From NCBI GenBank assembly GCA_963729625.1, contig CAVSOU010000009.1:64001-128000 (forward strand): a stretch of DNA of 64,000 nt, written 5' to 3'. Under the pieces are notes generated by a model. That model was not told the origin of the DNA and did not search any database. It saw only the letters and a list, made by a program, of their open reading frames with translations. This document shows, one piece after another, positions 1 to 9,522 of the stretch. The translations under genes were made by a program, and so were the position numbers. Numbering within the stretch: the first letter of the stretch is position 1; each line of letters begins with the position of its first letter. Source of the stretch: an uncultured bacterium. Lineage in GTDB: Bacteria > Chloroflexota > UBA5177 > JANWHV01.

Positions 1-27
1 AGGGCCGCTCGGCACTATCGGAATGCC

Positions 28-1557
28 TCACGCTGTGGGCGTCACCACGATGATCGGGTTGCCGCCGATGACATAGTCTGCGGGATCGGCGCTATCCGTA
101 TTCCCTGTCGCGCGCGCCAGGTGGACGTGGGCGGTTCCGGCGCTGGAAAACAGCCTGAGGCGTTGCCCGAACTTGTCGTACGCCATCGAGGTCGTCGACA
201 CGGGCACGGTCGCAACAGCCGGTCGGGGCCGTTGATCCCACAGGATCTGCACCGTCGCTCCCGGGCGTCTCAGGGTGACGATGTATACGCCGTCAAGCGG
301 GCTAAAGGACACCGTGCCACCCGTTGCGCCGGCAAACAGGGTCGCCACCGTGCGGTAGGCGTAGAATTCGGGCCGCGCGGAGCCATCGTTACGCACGAGG
401 CCGAACGGCTCCCCTCCGGCCGCGAAATCGGCGCCGTCGATCATGCGGTTGATCTCGACGCGTTGCACGCCTTCGGCGATGTCCAGGGCCAGCGCCTGGA
501 CGACAAACGACGCCTGGTCGTCGAGACTCGCGCGAAATCCGCCCCGCGAGTACATACGAACGGTGTCGTCGTAGGGAATCGCATTCGTCTCCGATATCCA
601 GATTGGCTTTTCGACACCTGCCGCACGCATAGTCGAACGATACCATTTCACGATCGCGATCACGTCGGTAGGGCGGCTGTACAAATGGAGGTTTGTTATA
701 TCGAAGTAGTCGTTGCTCGCGCGCGCACTGCGATCGAGCGAAAGACGATGCAGCAGATCCGCGAAGAACGCCCCATGGTCGTACCAATATGGATCCCCCG
801 CCAGGATGATGCGCGCGCGAGGATTCGCAGCCTTCGCCGCGAGGTAGGCTACCTTCAGAAGCTGCGCGTAGTCGGCGGTGGTCCCTCCCCACGTGTGCCA
901 ATGGCCGCTCGGTATATTGACCTCGTTCCAGATAATCCAGTCGTCAATCCGACCCGCGTACCGCCGAGCGATGAGTCCCACAAAGTGGCCCCAGTAGTTC
1001 CCGGGGTTATCGAACGGCAAGTAGAGTCCTTTTGGAGGCGACGCACCATGCAGCGACGGCTGCGCCGCCGCCCAGTCTGGAGTGTTGATAAGCAACCCCA
1101 CTATGTGCCGATGCATGCTCAGCTCTTGATTGATGGTGCGATCGTGGTCCGTGGCAAATGGATCCCAGGACTCCGGACCAGTCTTTTGGAGCTCCTTCCA
1201 CCAAAAGGGCATGCGCTCCCAGCCGATCGGTAGCATCGCCGCTTGCCGCGGCGCTTCATACGGCTGCACAATGCCGAAGCGCGAATCTACGGTGGGCGAA
1301 CGCGGAGCGGTCAACAGTGCGCCGGGCGGAGCAATGGGGTCGGTCGCCGTCCCGGTCGACCAGTAACACAGCAGCGCCAACGCCACGACCGAAGCGGCCA
1401 ACAATAGAAGCAGCCGGGAGAGCGCCCACCGTCGCCACCGAGCAGCCCGACCGCGCTGAGGCTTCCCCCGCCCGCCTGCTTGCCGTTGCGACACAGTGAC
1501 GCCACTGGATTGAAGTAGCCGCTCGACCTTCTTCACCGCGTCGTGCTTGTCGTCCAT
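28..1557 (-). CDS. Membrane-anchored glycoside hydrolase, clan GH-A (GH39/GH5-like TIM barrel)
   Basis: 509-aa ORF with N-terminal hydrophobic segment (LLLLLAASVVALALLCYW), acid/base motif WIIWNEVN, NLHLY and nucleophile motif IWISETN. Confidence 0.75.
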   Translation of the reverse strand: MDDKHDAVKKVERLLQSSGVTVSQRQAGGRGKPQRGRAARWRRWALSRLLLLLAASVVALALLCYWSTGTATDPIAPPGALLTAPRSPTVDSRFGIVQPYEAPRQAAMLPIGWERMPFWWKELQKTGPESWDPFATDHDRTINQELSMHRHIVGLLINTPDWAAAQPSLHGASPPKGLYLPFDNPGNYWGHFVGLIARRYAGRIDDWIIWNEVNIPSGHWHTWGGTTADYAQLLKVAYLAAKAANPRARIILAGDPYWYDHGAFFADLLHRLSLDRSARASNDYFDITNLHLYSRPTDVIAIVKWYRSTMRAAGVEKPIWISETNAIPYDDTVRMYSRGGFRASLDDQASFVVQALALDIAEGVQRVEINRMIDGADFAAGGEPFGLVRNDGSARPEFYAYRTVATLFAGATGGTVSFSPLDGVYIVTLRRPGATVQILWDQRPRPAVATVPVSTTSMAYDKFGQRLRLFSSAGTAHVHLARATGNTDSADPADYVIGGNPIIVVTPTA

Positions 1558-1826
1558 GGCCGTATCTCACGTCCCTTCAAGTTCAGTATCTGGATAGTCG
1601 TGTCAAGGGGGAAGCTCCGGCGCTGCGGCTTGAGAGAGCGCTCAAGCGGCCAGACCCGGGGAGGTCACGATAGGGGCGCCGCGAGAGAAGCTCAAGGAAC
1701 CGCTACTGGTCGCGCATCGAGCCGAAGGCGAAACACTGCTAAAGTGGTGCCACGCCGGAGTCCGCCGGGTGGTCACGTCTTGTCGACGGAGTGGATGGCC
1801 GGCGCGTCCACGGGGGACGAGGACAG

Positions 1827-1856
1827 CACCCGCCTCGGCGGGTCCCCGGCCCCCGG
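1827..1856 (+). repeat. Copy of dispersed ~23-bp hairpin element with duplicated 3' tail
   Basis: CACCCGC-CTCG-GCGGGT-CCCCGG followed by CCCCCGG; related copies at 6485, 10776, 47186. Confidence 0.6.
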
Positions 1857-1963
1857 AATCGTGCGGTTCGACACAGATCCCGTCGTGGCCCCACTATAGG
1901 CTCTTCGCTTTGCCTGCTACTGGCGGAGCGTCAACGTCACGCGATGGTACCCGAGCGCCCTGG

Positions 1964-3112
1964 CTAGGCGACCCGTTCTCCCGCAGGACGGTTACTCGCC
2001 GGCACGCTTCCAGACGGCCACCAGCCAGCCCCCGAGCGCCGCGACTTCATCGATTGAGCCTGCTTCAAGGCGGCAAGTGCGAGGACAATGAGCACCTTCG
2101 CTACAGGGTCGCTGGCGCGGATCAGGATTGCCATCGCGGCAGCGGTCGGCAGCGAGACGTGCGCTACGGCGACGAGGAGCGCGGCAATCGCTCCGTCACG
2201 TGCTCCAAGCCCACTGGGCAGGAAGAATGTGACACTGCCTGCCATGCATGCCATCGATTGTATGCCGACTGCAGTGGGCAGAGACACGACCGCGTGCGAC
2301 GAGGCGTTAACCAATAGCCACAGCGGGCAGGCGCCGACGACCCATGCAACCGCCGAGCACGGAATGAGCATCAGCAGTCCTCGCAGGGATATACAGAGCG
2401 GCGTGCTGGATGAGCCAGACACCACGCGCATCAAGCGCGAACGCCTTGCCATGCGTGGCGTGAGTGCGAGCAGCACGAGCATGCCCAGTGATCCAAAGCC
2501 GCAGGCGGCTGTCACGAGTGCGGCGATAAGCATTCCCTGGGCGCCAAGACCCGGCAGGGCCCGAATCGCGGCGGGCGAGTGCAGAAGTGCGATGCCCCAC
2601 GGCGCCCACAGGACCGAGCCGCAAAAGCCGATCAGGCTGGCGAGAGCCAGCAGCAGAGCAGCTCGACCGGCGCAGATATCGTGGCGCCGCAGAAGCACGA
2701 CGCTCTCCGCCAGCGCGCCCGCGCCCGATCCTACGTACGATGCAAGGCCCGTGCCGGCGAACACGGCCAAGCCGACCCCGGTTGAAGCCTGAGAACCCAT
2801 GAAACGCAGGACCCACGCCCATATGGCGCCATTCGCGAGCATCGAGATCAGGGTCAATCCGAGAGCCAGCGCGAGTGTTTCCAGGCCGACATGCAGGGCG
2901 GCAGAGACAATAGCGCCGGCGGTACCACTACGGATGATGACGGTAAGCAGCCCTGCCAGAACAATCGCGCAGCCGGCATGAACTGCTCGCCGCAACTTCA
3001 CGATGCGCTGTTCCTTTCCGATGCTCGACATCCAGGCATTCCACGGATCTGGTCGAGCCGGGAACGACACGCGGGGTCTCCGCCGCACTTCTGCTATTGG
3101 AACAGAATCCAC
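1964..3112 (-). CDS. Lysylphosphatidylglycerol-synthase TM domain / flippase-like (YbhN-type) membrane protein
   Basis: Many TM helices and family-like motif FFLPSGLGARDGAI near C-terminus; true start may be downstream of 3112. Confidence 0.7.
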   Translation of the reverse strand: MDSVPIAEVRRRPRVSFPARPDPWNAWMSSIGKEQRIVKLRRAVHAGCAIVLAGLLTVIIRSGTAGAIVSAALHVGLETLALALGLTLISMLANGAIWAWVLRFMGSQASTGVGLAVFAGTGLASYVGSGAGALAESVVLLRRHDICAGRAALLLALASLIGFCGSVLWAPWGIALLHSPAAIRALPGLGAQGMLIAALVTAACGFGSLGMLVLLALTPRMARRSRLMRVVSGSSSTPLCISLRGLLMLIPCSAVAWVVGACPLWLLVNASSHAVVSLPTAVGIQSMACMAGSVTFFLPSGLGARDGAIAALLVAVAHVSLPTAAAMAILIRASDPVAKVLIVLALAALKQAQSMKSRRSGAGWWPSGSVPASNRPAGERVA

Positions 3113-3383
3113 CGCGGCATGCTATAGCCCAGAAAGGCGCGCTCACCTGAGAAGCATTGAGCTCACGATCGCTCACGTTGGGCCAACGCACGTGTTCCCG
3201 TGACGCATTGTACCGTAGAGTCGTCCCGAGCGTATCTCCTATGCGTCCTGATGAGGGCCTTTGAGCAGGTGGATTGGCAATTTGAGGTTCATTATCAAGA
3301 GCGCCCCTTGGCCGCGCGCATTTGACGCTGGTCGTCGTTCACAGGCACACTCCCACCGGATGCAGCAGTACGGAGGTATGACC

Positions 3384-5561
3384 ATGGCCACGGACGGCCT
3401 CGCGGAGCGTATCGCGGGCGAGCTTTCACTCCCAGCCCTGGGCGTAGCGCGAACGATCGCGCTTCTGGACGACGCAAATACACTTCCATTCATAGCCCGC
3501 TATCGAAAAGAGATGACGGGCGGTCTCGACGAAGTTCAGCTCGAAGCCATTGAGCACCGCGTCAATACTCTTCGCGCCCTCGAGGCCCGTCGTGATGAGG
3601 TGCTGCGCCTGATTGGCGAGCAGGGCATGATGACAACCGACCTCGAAAATGCGATCGACGCTGCTCAGACGTTGCAGGCGCTCGAGGACCTCTACCTGCC
3701 CTATCGGCCCAAGCGGCGCACTCGCGCCATGATTGCGCGTGAGCGCGGCCTCGATCCGCTCGCCGACCTGGTATTGAGCCAGGTCGTCGGCGATCGCTCC
3801 GCGTTGGCGAGCACCTTCATCGATGCTGCGATGGATGTGCCGACCATCGATGACGCACTGGCCGGTGCGCGGGACATCATTGCCGAGGTAATTGCGGAAG
3901 ATGCCGAAGTTAGGGGCGATGTTCGCGCGCTCTTCGCGACGGCAGGCGAAATAGGGGCCACACTTGTCGATCAGTCCAAGGACCCCGACCGCACCTATCA
4001 GCAGTACTACGAGTTCCGGGGCTCCCTGGCGGGCTTACCTCCCCATCGCGTTCTCGCTCTCAACCGCGGGGAGCGGGACGGCGTGCTTAAAGTGAAAGTG
4101 TCGGCGCCTGAGGACATGGCGCTGGCGATCCTGTTGCGCTACTACGTCGCGGACGACCGCTCATCGCTTGCCGACGACCTGCGCCGCGCGGCGGCAGACG
4201 GGTTCCAGCGCCTGCTTGGACCGTCCTTGGAACGCGAGATGCGATCGGAGGCAACGGCCAAGGCGGAGTCTCATGCCACGGCCGTGTTTGCGCGGAACCT
4301 TCGACCATTGCTGCTACAACGGCCGTTACGCGGCCGGACGGTGATTGGCGTCGATCCCGGCTATCGTACGGGCTGCAAAGTCGCGGTAGTCGACGAGACC
4401 GGCAAGCCGCTGGAAACCACTGTAATCTATCCGCACCCGCCTCAGCAAAAACGGACTGAGGCGAAGAACGTACTGAGGGAGCTGGCACGGAAGCACGGTG
4501 CTACTGTGTTTGCCGTGGGCACGGGCACGGCAAGCCGGGAGACTGAGGAGATGGTCGCGGAGATCGTCGCGGGCATGCAGGGTGAGATGAGCTACGCGAT
4601 GGTGGACGAGGCCGGCGCATCGGTGTACTCAGTGTCCGAGGTTGCGCGGGAGGAGTTTCCTGACCTGGAGGCTACTGACCGGGGGGCGATATCGATTGCC
4701 CGCCGGGTGCAGGATCCCCTGGCCGAACTGGTCAAAGTCGATCCGCGCGCCGTAGGTGTGGGTTTGTATCAGCACGACGTCGAACAAAAGGCCCTAGCCA
4801 GCGCCCTCGATCGCGTCGTGGAGAGTGCAGTGAACTACGCGGGTGTGGACATCAATACCGCCTCGGCAACCTTGCTGTATCGCGTTGCCGGGCTCAACCG
4901 CAAGGTTGCGTCAGCGATCGTGCGGTATCGTGAGACCCATGGCAAGTTCAAGGGCAAAGCCGAGCTCAGCAGGGTGCCTGGGGTTGGCCCCCGCACGTTT
5001 GAGCAGGCAGCGGGCTTCTTGCAGGTGCCTGACGGAGCCGATATCCTGGACAGGACGTTCATTCACCCTGAGAGCTACGCAGCCTGCCGCCGTCTGATGG
5101 AGGAGTTTCCCGCAGCGCAGCCAGGTGAGAACCTGCCCTCACGCGCGTCTCGATTTGCTACCCACCTGGCGGCCCGCCCGCAGGAAAAGCGTGCCCTGGG
5201 CGAGAAGTTGGGAATCGGCGAGCCGACGCTCATCGACTTGCTCAATAACCTGTCCAAGCAGGGAATCGATCCGCGCGCCTCCCTTCCGGCCCCACTTCTG
5301 CGCACCAGCGCCCTTTCGATCGACGCTTTGCAGCCTGGCACGATCTTGCAGGGCACGATACGGAACGTGGTGGATTTCGGCGCTTTCGTCGACATCGGCC
5401 TCAAGCAAGCCGGCCTCGTTCATGTCTCGGAGCTCGCCGATCGCTTCGTGTCGTCTCCATTCGATGTGGTGATGGTTGGGCAAATCGTAACTGTGCGCGT
5501 GCTATCTGTAGACGCCGCCAGAGGCAGAATTGCACTCTCGATGCGGGGAGCCAATGCGTGA
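3384..5561 (+). CDS. tex: Tex-family RNA-binding transcriptional accessory protein
   Basis: TLPFIARYRKEMTG, LEDLYLPYRPKRRTRA, GVDPGYRTGCK, GVGLYQHDV, C-terminal S1 domain (NVVDFGAFVDIG); GGAGG RBS before ATG 3384. Confidence 0.95.
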   Translation: MATDGLAERIAGELSLPALGVARTIALLDDANTLPFIARYRKEMTGGLDEVQLEAIEHRVNTLRALEARRDEVLRLIGEQGMMTTDLENAIDAAQTLQALEDLYLPYRPKRRTRAMIARERGLDPLADLVLSQVVGDRSALASTFIDAAMDVPTIDDALAGARDIIAEVIAEDAEVRGDVRALFATAGEIGATLVDQSKDPDRTYQQYYEFRGSLAGLPPHRVLALNRGERDGVLKVKVSAPEDMALAILLRYYVADDRSSLADDLRRAAADGFQRLLGPSLEREMRSEATAKAESHATAVFARNLRPLLLQRPLRGRTVIGVDPGYRTGCKVAVVDETGKPLETTVIYPHPPQQKRTEAKNVLRELARKHGATVFAVGTGTASRETEEMVAEIVAGMQGEMSYAMVDEAGASVYSVSEVAREEFPDLEATDRGAISIARRVQDPLAELVKVDPRAVGVGLYQHDVEQKALASALDRVVESAVNYAGVDINTASATLLYRVAGLNRKVASAIVRYRETHGKFKGKAELSRVPGVGPRTFEQAAGFLQVPDGADILDRTFIHPESYAACRRLMEEFPAAQPGENLPSRASRFATHLAARPQEKRALGEKLGIGEPTLIDLLNNLSKQGIDPRASLPAPLLRTSALSIDALQPGTILQGTIRNVVDFGAFVDIGLKQAGLVHVSELADRFVSSPFDVVMVGQIVTVRVLSVDAARGRIALSMRGANA

Positions 5562-5687
5562 GTGCCGCGGCGCGCCAGGTTTCTCATAAACGACATACCA
5601 CTGGGAGAGCGGCGCGACGACGCGTGGTACCGGGCACTCGGAAATGAGCTCGGGGTGGCGGGCCAGCGCCAGTCAGTGGGCCTTGAG

Positions 5688-5921
5688 GCCAACCGCAAGG
5701 GCTCGGCGGAGCACGAGCGGTTCGACTTCCTCGGCAACACGTTCCATCCCCGGCTGTCGAAGAGCAAGTACGGCAAGCGTTTTGTCAACTTCTCTCCGGC
5801 GGTCTCGGACATCGCTCGCAAGGCGATAGGCCAAGAGATACTCTCTTGGCACCTCGTGCGGCGCAGTGACAAGACCCTCACGGACCTTGCACACATGTTC
5901 AACCCGGTTGTGCGGGGGTGG
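5688..5921 (+). pseudogene. Fragment of group II intron reverse transcriptase/maturase (RT domain 7 and start of X domain)
   Basis: Translates ANRKGSAEHERFDFLGNTFHPR...FSPAVS...MFNPVVRGW, typical of group II intron RTs; no YADD region, cut off after RGW. Confidence 0.85.
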
Positions 5922-6453
5922 CTCAAACCAGCCCAGCCGGCTGCAGTAGCCGATGTCCACCTGCCCGGCCAGCCAGCCGGTCCCCCGCCGCTGGCTGTTG
6001 CGGGTGGCCAGCCCTATGGTGTCGAGCACCTGGTAGCGGGCCTGCGGCGCGTCCAGCCAGGCCGCCACCTGCAGGCCCACCGCCACCAGCCCATCGTGCC
6101 AGCGCCGCACCAACCGGTTGAACTGGGGCCGGCTGGGCAGGTGGGGGAAGGCGGCCAGCAGGTGCCGGCGCCCGTAGCGGAAGAACGCCCGCTCGCTGGC
6201 AAACGGCGCCCACTGGCTGGCAATCGCCAGGGTCAGCGTCTGCGTCCGCGTCAGCGCGGGCGCGGGGCCGGGTTGCGGCGGCTCCACCGGCAGCACACAC
6301 CGATCGTCAATCAGCACGTAGACTGTGGTCAGGAAGGTGTCCAGGTCCATCATCGAGGAGCCCCTTTCACTACACAGGAATTGCTTACTCCTCGAGACGG
6401 CCTTCGGACACCTCACCTATCCACATTTCTCCTCTCTATCTCCCACCAAGCGT
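5922..6453 (-). mobile_element. Truncated IS982-family insertion sequence (5' half of transposase from 6353 plus probable left end)
   Basis: MMDLDTFLTTVYVLIDD...SERAFFRY...FPHLPSRPQFNRLVRR...IGYCSRLGWFE resembles IS982 transposase N-terminus; homology stops at ~5922; candidate terminal IR ACGCTTGGTGGGAGA (6453-6439). Confidence 0.75.
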
Positions 6454-6473
6454 TGAGGGCCACTGCTAGGCGA

Positions 6474-6514
6474 CACCCACTCCACACCCACTCTGGTGGG
6501 TACCCGGTACCCGG
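6474..6514 (+). repeat. Nested/duplicated copy of dispersed ~23-bp hairpin element
   Basis: CACCCACTC-CA-[CACCCAC-TCTG-GTGGGT-ACCCGG]-TACCCGG; 6484-6507 matches 47185-47208 at 23/24 positions. Confidence 0.75.
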
Positions 6515-6537
6515 AGTCTCCCCGGCGTGAACGCCGT

Positions 6538-6602
6538 GGTTTCGACGGCCGTCACATCTTCCTGCTGCGACACCGAAGCAGGGGTTTCGACGGCCGTCAC
6601 AT
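6538..6602 (+). promoter_or_regulatory. Two exact 20-bp direct repeats, CRP/FNR-like boxes upstream of resB-ccsA
   Basis: GGTTTCGACGGCCGTCACAT at 6538-6557 and 6583-6602; each reads TTCGA-N6-TCACA versus CRP consensus TGTGA-N6-TCACA. Confidence 0.55.
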
Positions 6603-6752
6603 TTTCTGATGCGCCCTGATCGCGTCGTCGCATCGTCACCAAAGCGAGGCATTCGGTATGCTAGGGGTGGAGTAGCACGTCTCGCCGGCACCCATTGTAC
6701 GTGCTGACGACGCTCACGGCGATAGAGATCGTATCCGCGGATATTGGAGAAC

Positions 6753-8249
6753 ATGGCGGCCCGAGGGCAACATTTGCGCATGATCGGGGCAACCGCGCTG
6801 AACCCGATCGCGGTGTGGCACGTGCTGCGCTCAATGACTTTTGCCATCGTGATGCTGCTGACTATTCTGTGCATCGTCATGGCCGGCAGCTTCATGCCGC
6901 AGGATAGCGGCATCCGCCTGGTGTACCAGTCCTGGTGGTTCTACGGGCTCAATTTCGTGCTGATGCTCAGCGTGATCAGCTGCGTGGTCCGGCGGGCGAA
7001 AGGCGTGTATCGTTTCTCCTTTCGTGTCCCGGTCATGCACCGCCCGGACTTCTATCGTGCAGGAGACACTGCGCGAGAGTTGCAGACGCCGGTCGATGTC
7101 GACACGGCCGCCGAGGCAGTACTGCGCGCAATTCGTGCAAACCACTACCGTGTAGAAGTCAAGAAGGCCGGACGTGACGTATACGTGTTATCCGATCGGT
7201 TTCGCGTCATGCGGCTTGGCACGCTGGTCTCTCACTGCAGCATCGTGCTCATGGTCGCGGCAATCGCTTGGGGAGCCTTAGCTGGCTGGCTTGATCGGTC
7301 AATACAGCTGGAAGCGGGTGGCGCGGCCGTGCCCATAGGTCACGGAACCGGCCTGTTGCTCCGCTCAGACTCATTCAATTTCGGTCTATATCCGGATGGA
7401 ACGCCAAGGAACTTCGACGATCATTTGACAATTGTCGAGAACAACGGCGCGGGACCCATGCACCATCAGCTGATCGACGTCAACTCTCCCTGGTACTACG
7501 GCGGGATGTTCGGCTTCGACATTCATCAGGCAGACTACGGAATCGGCGCGCGCCTGCTTGCTATCGATACGTCGCATGGTCAGCCGGCATTGCTTCCCTA
7601 TTGCCTGCTCCAGTTCTCGGCGGCGCCGGACTGTTCGCAACCCTCGCAGGCCATGTTGCTGCAGCCTGTAGGCGATGGGAGCTACCGGCCGGCTGGGGCT
7701 ACACTTGCGGCGTTCTATCTTCCCGACCAAGATCTTGCCGTGACACTGTCGTATCATGACGCCGTGCCCAAGCAGCATCTCACAGACACCGCGGTGGTCA
7801 CCGTGGTCAGGCCGCCGCAACGAGCGGGCCAGGGCATGAGCATCGTCAAAGAGGCCCTGGACATTCCAGTTACGAAGCACAGCTTCAATGGCAAAGAAGA
7901 AATGGTCACCGCTTCGCCGATCGACGTGGGCAAGCTGCGCATCGCGCTGCTCATTCGACGCGAGGCATTTGTCAACATCGGGCACAACCCTGCGGTACCG
8001 TTCATTTTCGCCTCTTTCGCGCTCATTCTGCTCGGGTTGGTCAGCGTGCTCTATTTTCCCTTTAGCAGGCTATGGCTCTATGTCGCACCGGAGAACGGCG
8101 GGCTGGGCGGCACACGCATACTGGTGCGAGGTGCGGCTGAAAAGACGAAACAGGGCTTCAAGCGACGGTTGGCATATCTACTCCGACGGATCCAGCGAGA
8201 ACTGGATACGGTCTCGAGTGGAAAGGAATCAGGGGGCGGAGAGGAATGA
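6753..8249 (+). CDS. resB: Cytochrome c biogenesis protein ResB/CcsB (system II)
   Basis: N-terminal TMs, MPQ, VYQSWWF, GTLVSH (conserved His), large extracytoplasmic domain with VNSP, C-terminal TM; overlaps ccsA start; GGAG RBS. Confidence 0.85.
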   Translation: MAARGQHLRMIGATALNPIAVWHVLRSMTFAIVMLLTILCIVMAGSFMPQDSGIRLVYQSWWFYGLNFVLMLSVISCVVRRAKGVYRFSFRVPVMHRPDFYRAGDTARELQTPVDVDTAAEAVLRAIRANHYRVEVKKAGRDVYVLSDRFRVMRLGTLVSHCSIVLMVAAIAWGALAGWLDRSIQLEAGGAAVPIGHGTGLLLRSDSFNFGLYPDGTPRNFDDHLTIVENNGAGPMHHQLIDVNSPWYYGGMFGFDIHQADYGIGARLLAIDTSHGQPALLPYCLLQFSAAPDCSQPSQAMLLQPVGDGSYRPAGATLAAFYLPDQDLAVTLSYHDAVPKQHLTDTAVVTVVRPPQRAGQGMSIVKEALDIPVTKHSFNGKEEMVTASPIDVGKLRIALLIRREAFVNIGHNPAVPFIFASFALILLGLVSVLYFPFSRLWLYVAPENGGLGGTRILVRGAAEKTKQGFKRRLAYLLRRIQRELDTVSSGKESGGGEE

Positions 8250-9406
8250 GCCAGGACCAGTTGCTCAACATATCATCTACTAGCCTATTCCTAGGCTTTT
8301 GGCTGTATGCAATCAGCCTCTTATTCTACGTGGCACACGTTATTTCGCCAGAGGTTGAGGCGGCTACCGCCAGAATAGCGCAAACCAGCGGGTCCATAGC
8401 GATCGGTAGTGGAGGCGAACAACTCTTCGGCCGTGCTCGCCTCGGAGTCACAGCTACCGGGGTGGCCTATCTCGGCTATCTTCTCATGACTCTTGGCCTG
8501 GGAACTCGGTGGGCGGCACAGGGATACTGGCCGGTGTCCAACGCGTTTGAAGCACCGCTCGCGTTTTCCTGGATGATCGTGAGCGTGTATCTCGTCGCCG
8601 AAGTGCGGATGCGCACGCGCATCGTGGGCTGGGCCATCTTCTTGATCGTAGTTGGCCTATGCGGCTATTCGTTGTTTGCTTTTGGCTCGGGAAGCACGGT
8701 CATCGATCCACTCAAGCCCGCGCTGCAAAGCTTTTGGCTGACCGTTCACGTTGGAATGGCGATGCTCTCCTATAGTCTTTTCGCGCTCGGCGGCGCCCTC
8801 AGTCTGACCTACCTCGCACGTACGGGTGCGTGGCGCCAATCCCAGACATTCTATCTCGCAGTTTGGCCGACGGCTATCGTGCTGGCGATCCTGGCCGGCA
8901 TCTACGTCGGAAGGTGGCCCGGTAGCGGTGATGCGATCAGCCTAGGCAAGCTGGCCGGCGTCGGCGCCGAGTGTGTCCTGTTCCTGCTGCTCGCCTTGGG
9001 GGCCCGTGCAACCCTCGCGCGACGCGTCGCCGCGGCAGGGCCGATTGTGCTCAAAGCGCATGGTCCGGAGGCGGATCTGCTGGACCAACTGGACGAATGG
9101 GCGTACCGGTCCATAGCGTTCGGTGTTCCGATGATCGCCTTTGTGCTCATGTCAGGCGCGATCTGGGCGCAAATGGCATGGAGCACGTTCTGGAGCTGGG
9201 ATCCCAAAGAGGTTTGGGCACTGATCACGTTCATCTACTACGTGCTGTACGTACACGTGCGCGTGCAACGGGGCTGGCGCGGGGCGCCAATGGCTGCCCT
9301 GGGAGTGATCGGCTTCAGCATTGTTCTGGTCAGTTTCCTTGGCCTCGCCTACATCGTCGGGACGTTCCAGATCTTCAGCCTCCACACGTTCGGCAACGTG
9401 CAATGA
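8246..9406 (+). CDS. ccsA: Cytochrome c biogenesis protein CcsA/ResC
   Basis: WPVSNAFE, PALQSFWLTVHV, WWD motif GAIWAQMAWSTFWSWDPKEVW, C-terminal SLHTF. Confidence 0.93.
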   Translation: MSQDQLLNISSTSLFLGFWLYAISLLFYVAHVISPEVEAATARIAQTSGSIAIGSGGEQLFGRARLGVTATGVAYLGYLLMTLGLGTRWAAQGYWPVSNAFEAPLAFSWMIVSVYLVAEVRMRTRIVGWAIFLIVVGLCGYSLFAFGSGSTVIDPLKPALQSFWLTVHVGMAMLSYSLFALGGALSLTYLARTGAWRQSQTFYLAVWPTAIVLAILAGIYVGRWPGSGDAISLGKLAGVGAECVLFLLLALGARATLARRVAAAGPIVLKAHGPEADLLDQLDEWAYRSIAFGVPMIAFVLMSGAIWAQMAWSTFWSWDPKEVWALITFIYYVLYVHVRVQRGWRGAPMAALGVIGFSIVLVSFLGLAYIVGTFQIFSLHTFGNVQ

Positions 9407-9522
9407 GCCGGGTGCTTGACCGCCAGCCCTGTCATCGGACACGCTAGAGCGCGGGAGGATTTGATGAGCGCCAATTGTGTTACGCGGTATTGTCACGTCT
9501 CCGCTCAGGGACGGGCACGCTG

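Noticed and set aside
1681-1760. Glycine riboswitch or T-box (GAGAGA, GCCGAAGGCG, GTGGTGCCACG words)
   Set aside because: Missing CTCAGG and proper T-box consensus, and no downstream gene on that strand
5562-6530. 322-aa ORF as a real gene or an intact group II intron
   Set aside because: Chimera of an RT fragment and antisense IS982 sequence; no YADD region or domain V seen
6538-6602. Mini CRISPR array (repeat contains GTTTC and a palindrome)
   Set aside because: Only two units, 45-bp period is too short, and no cas genes in the window
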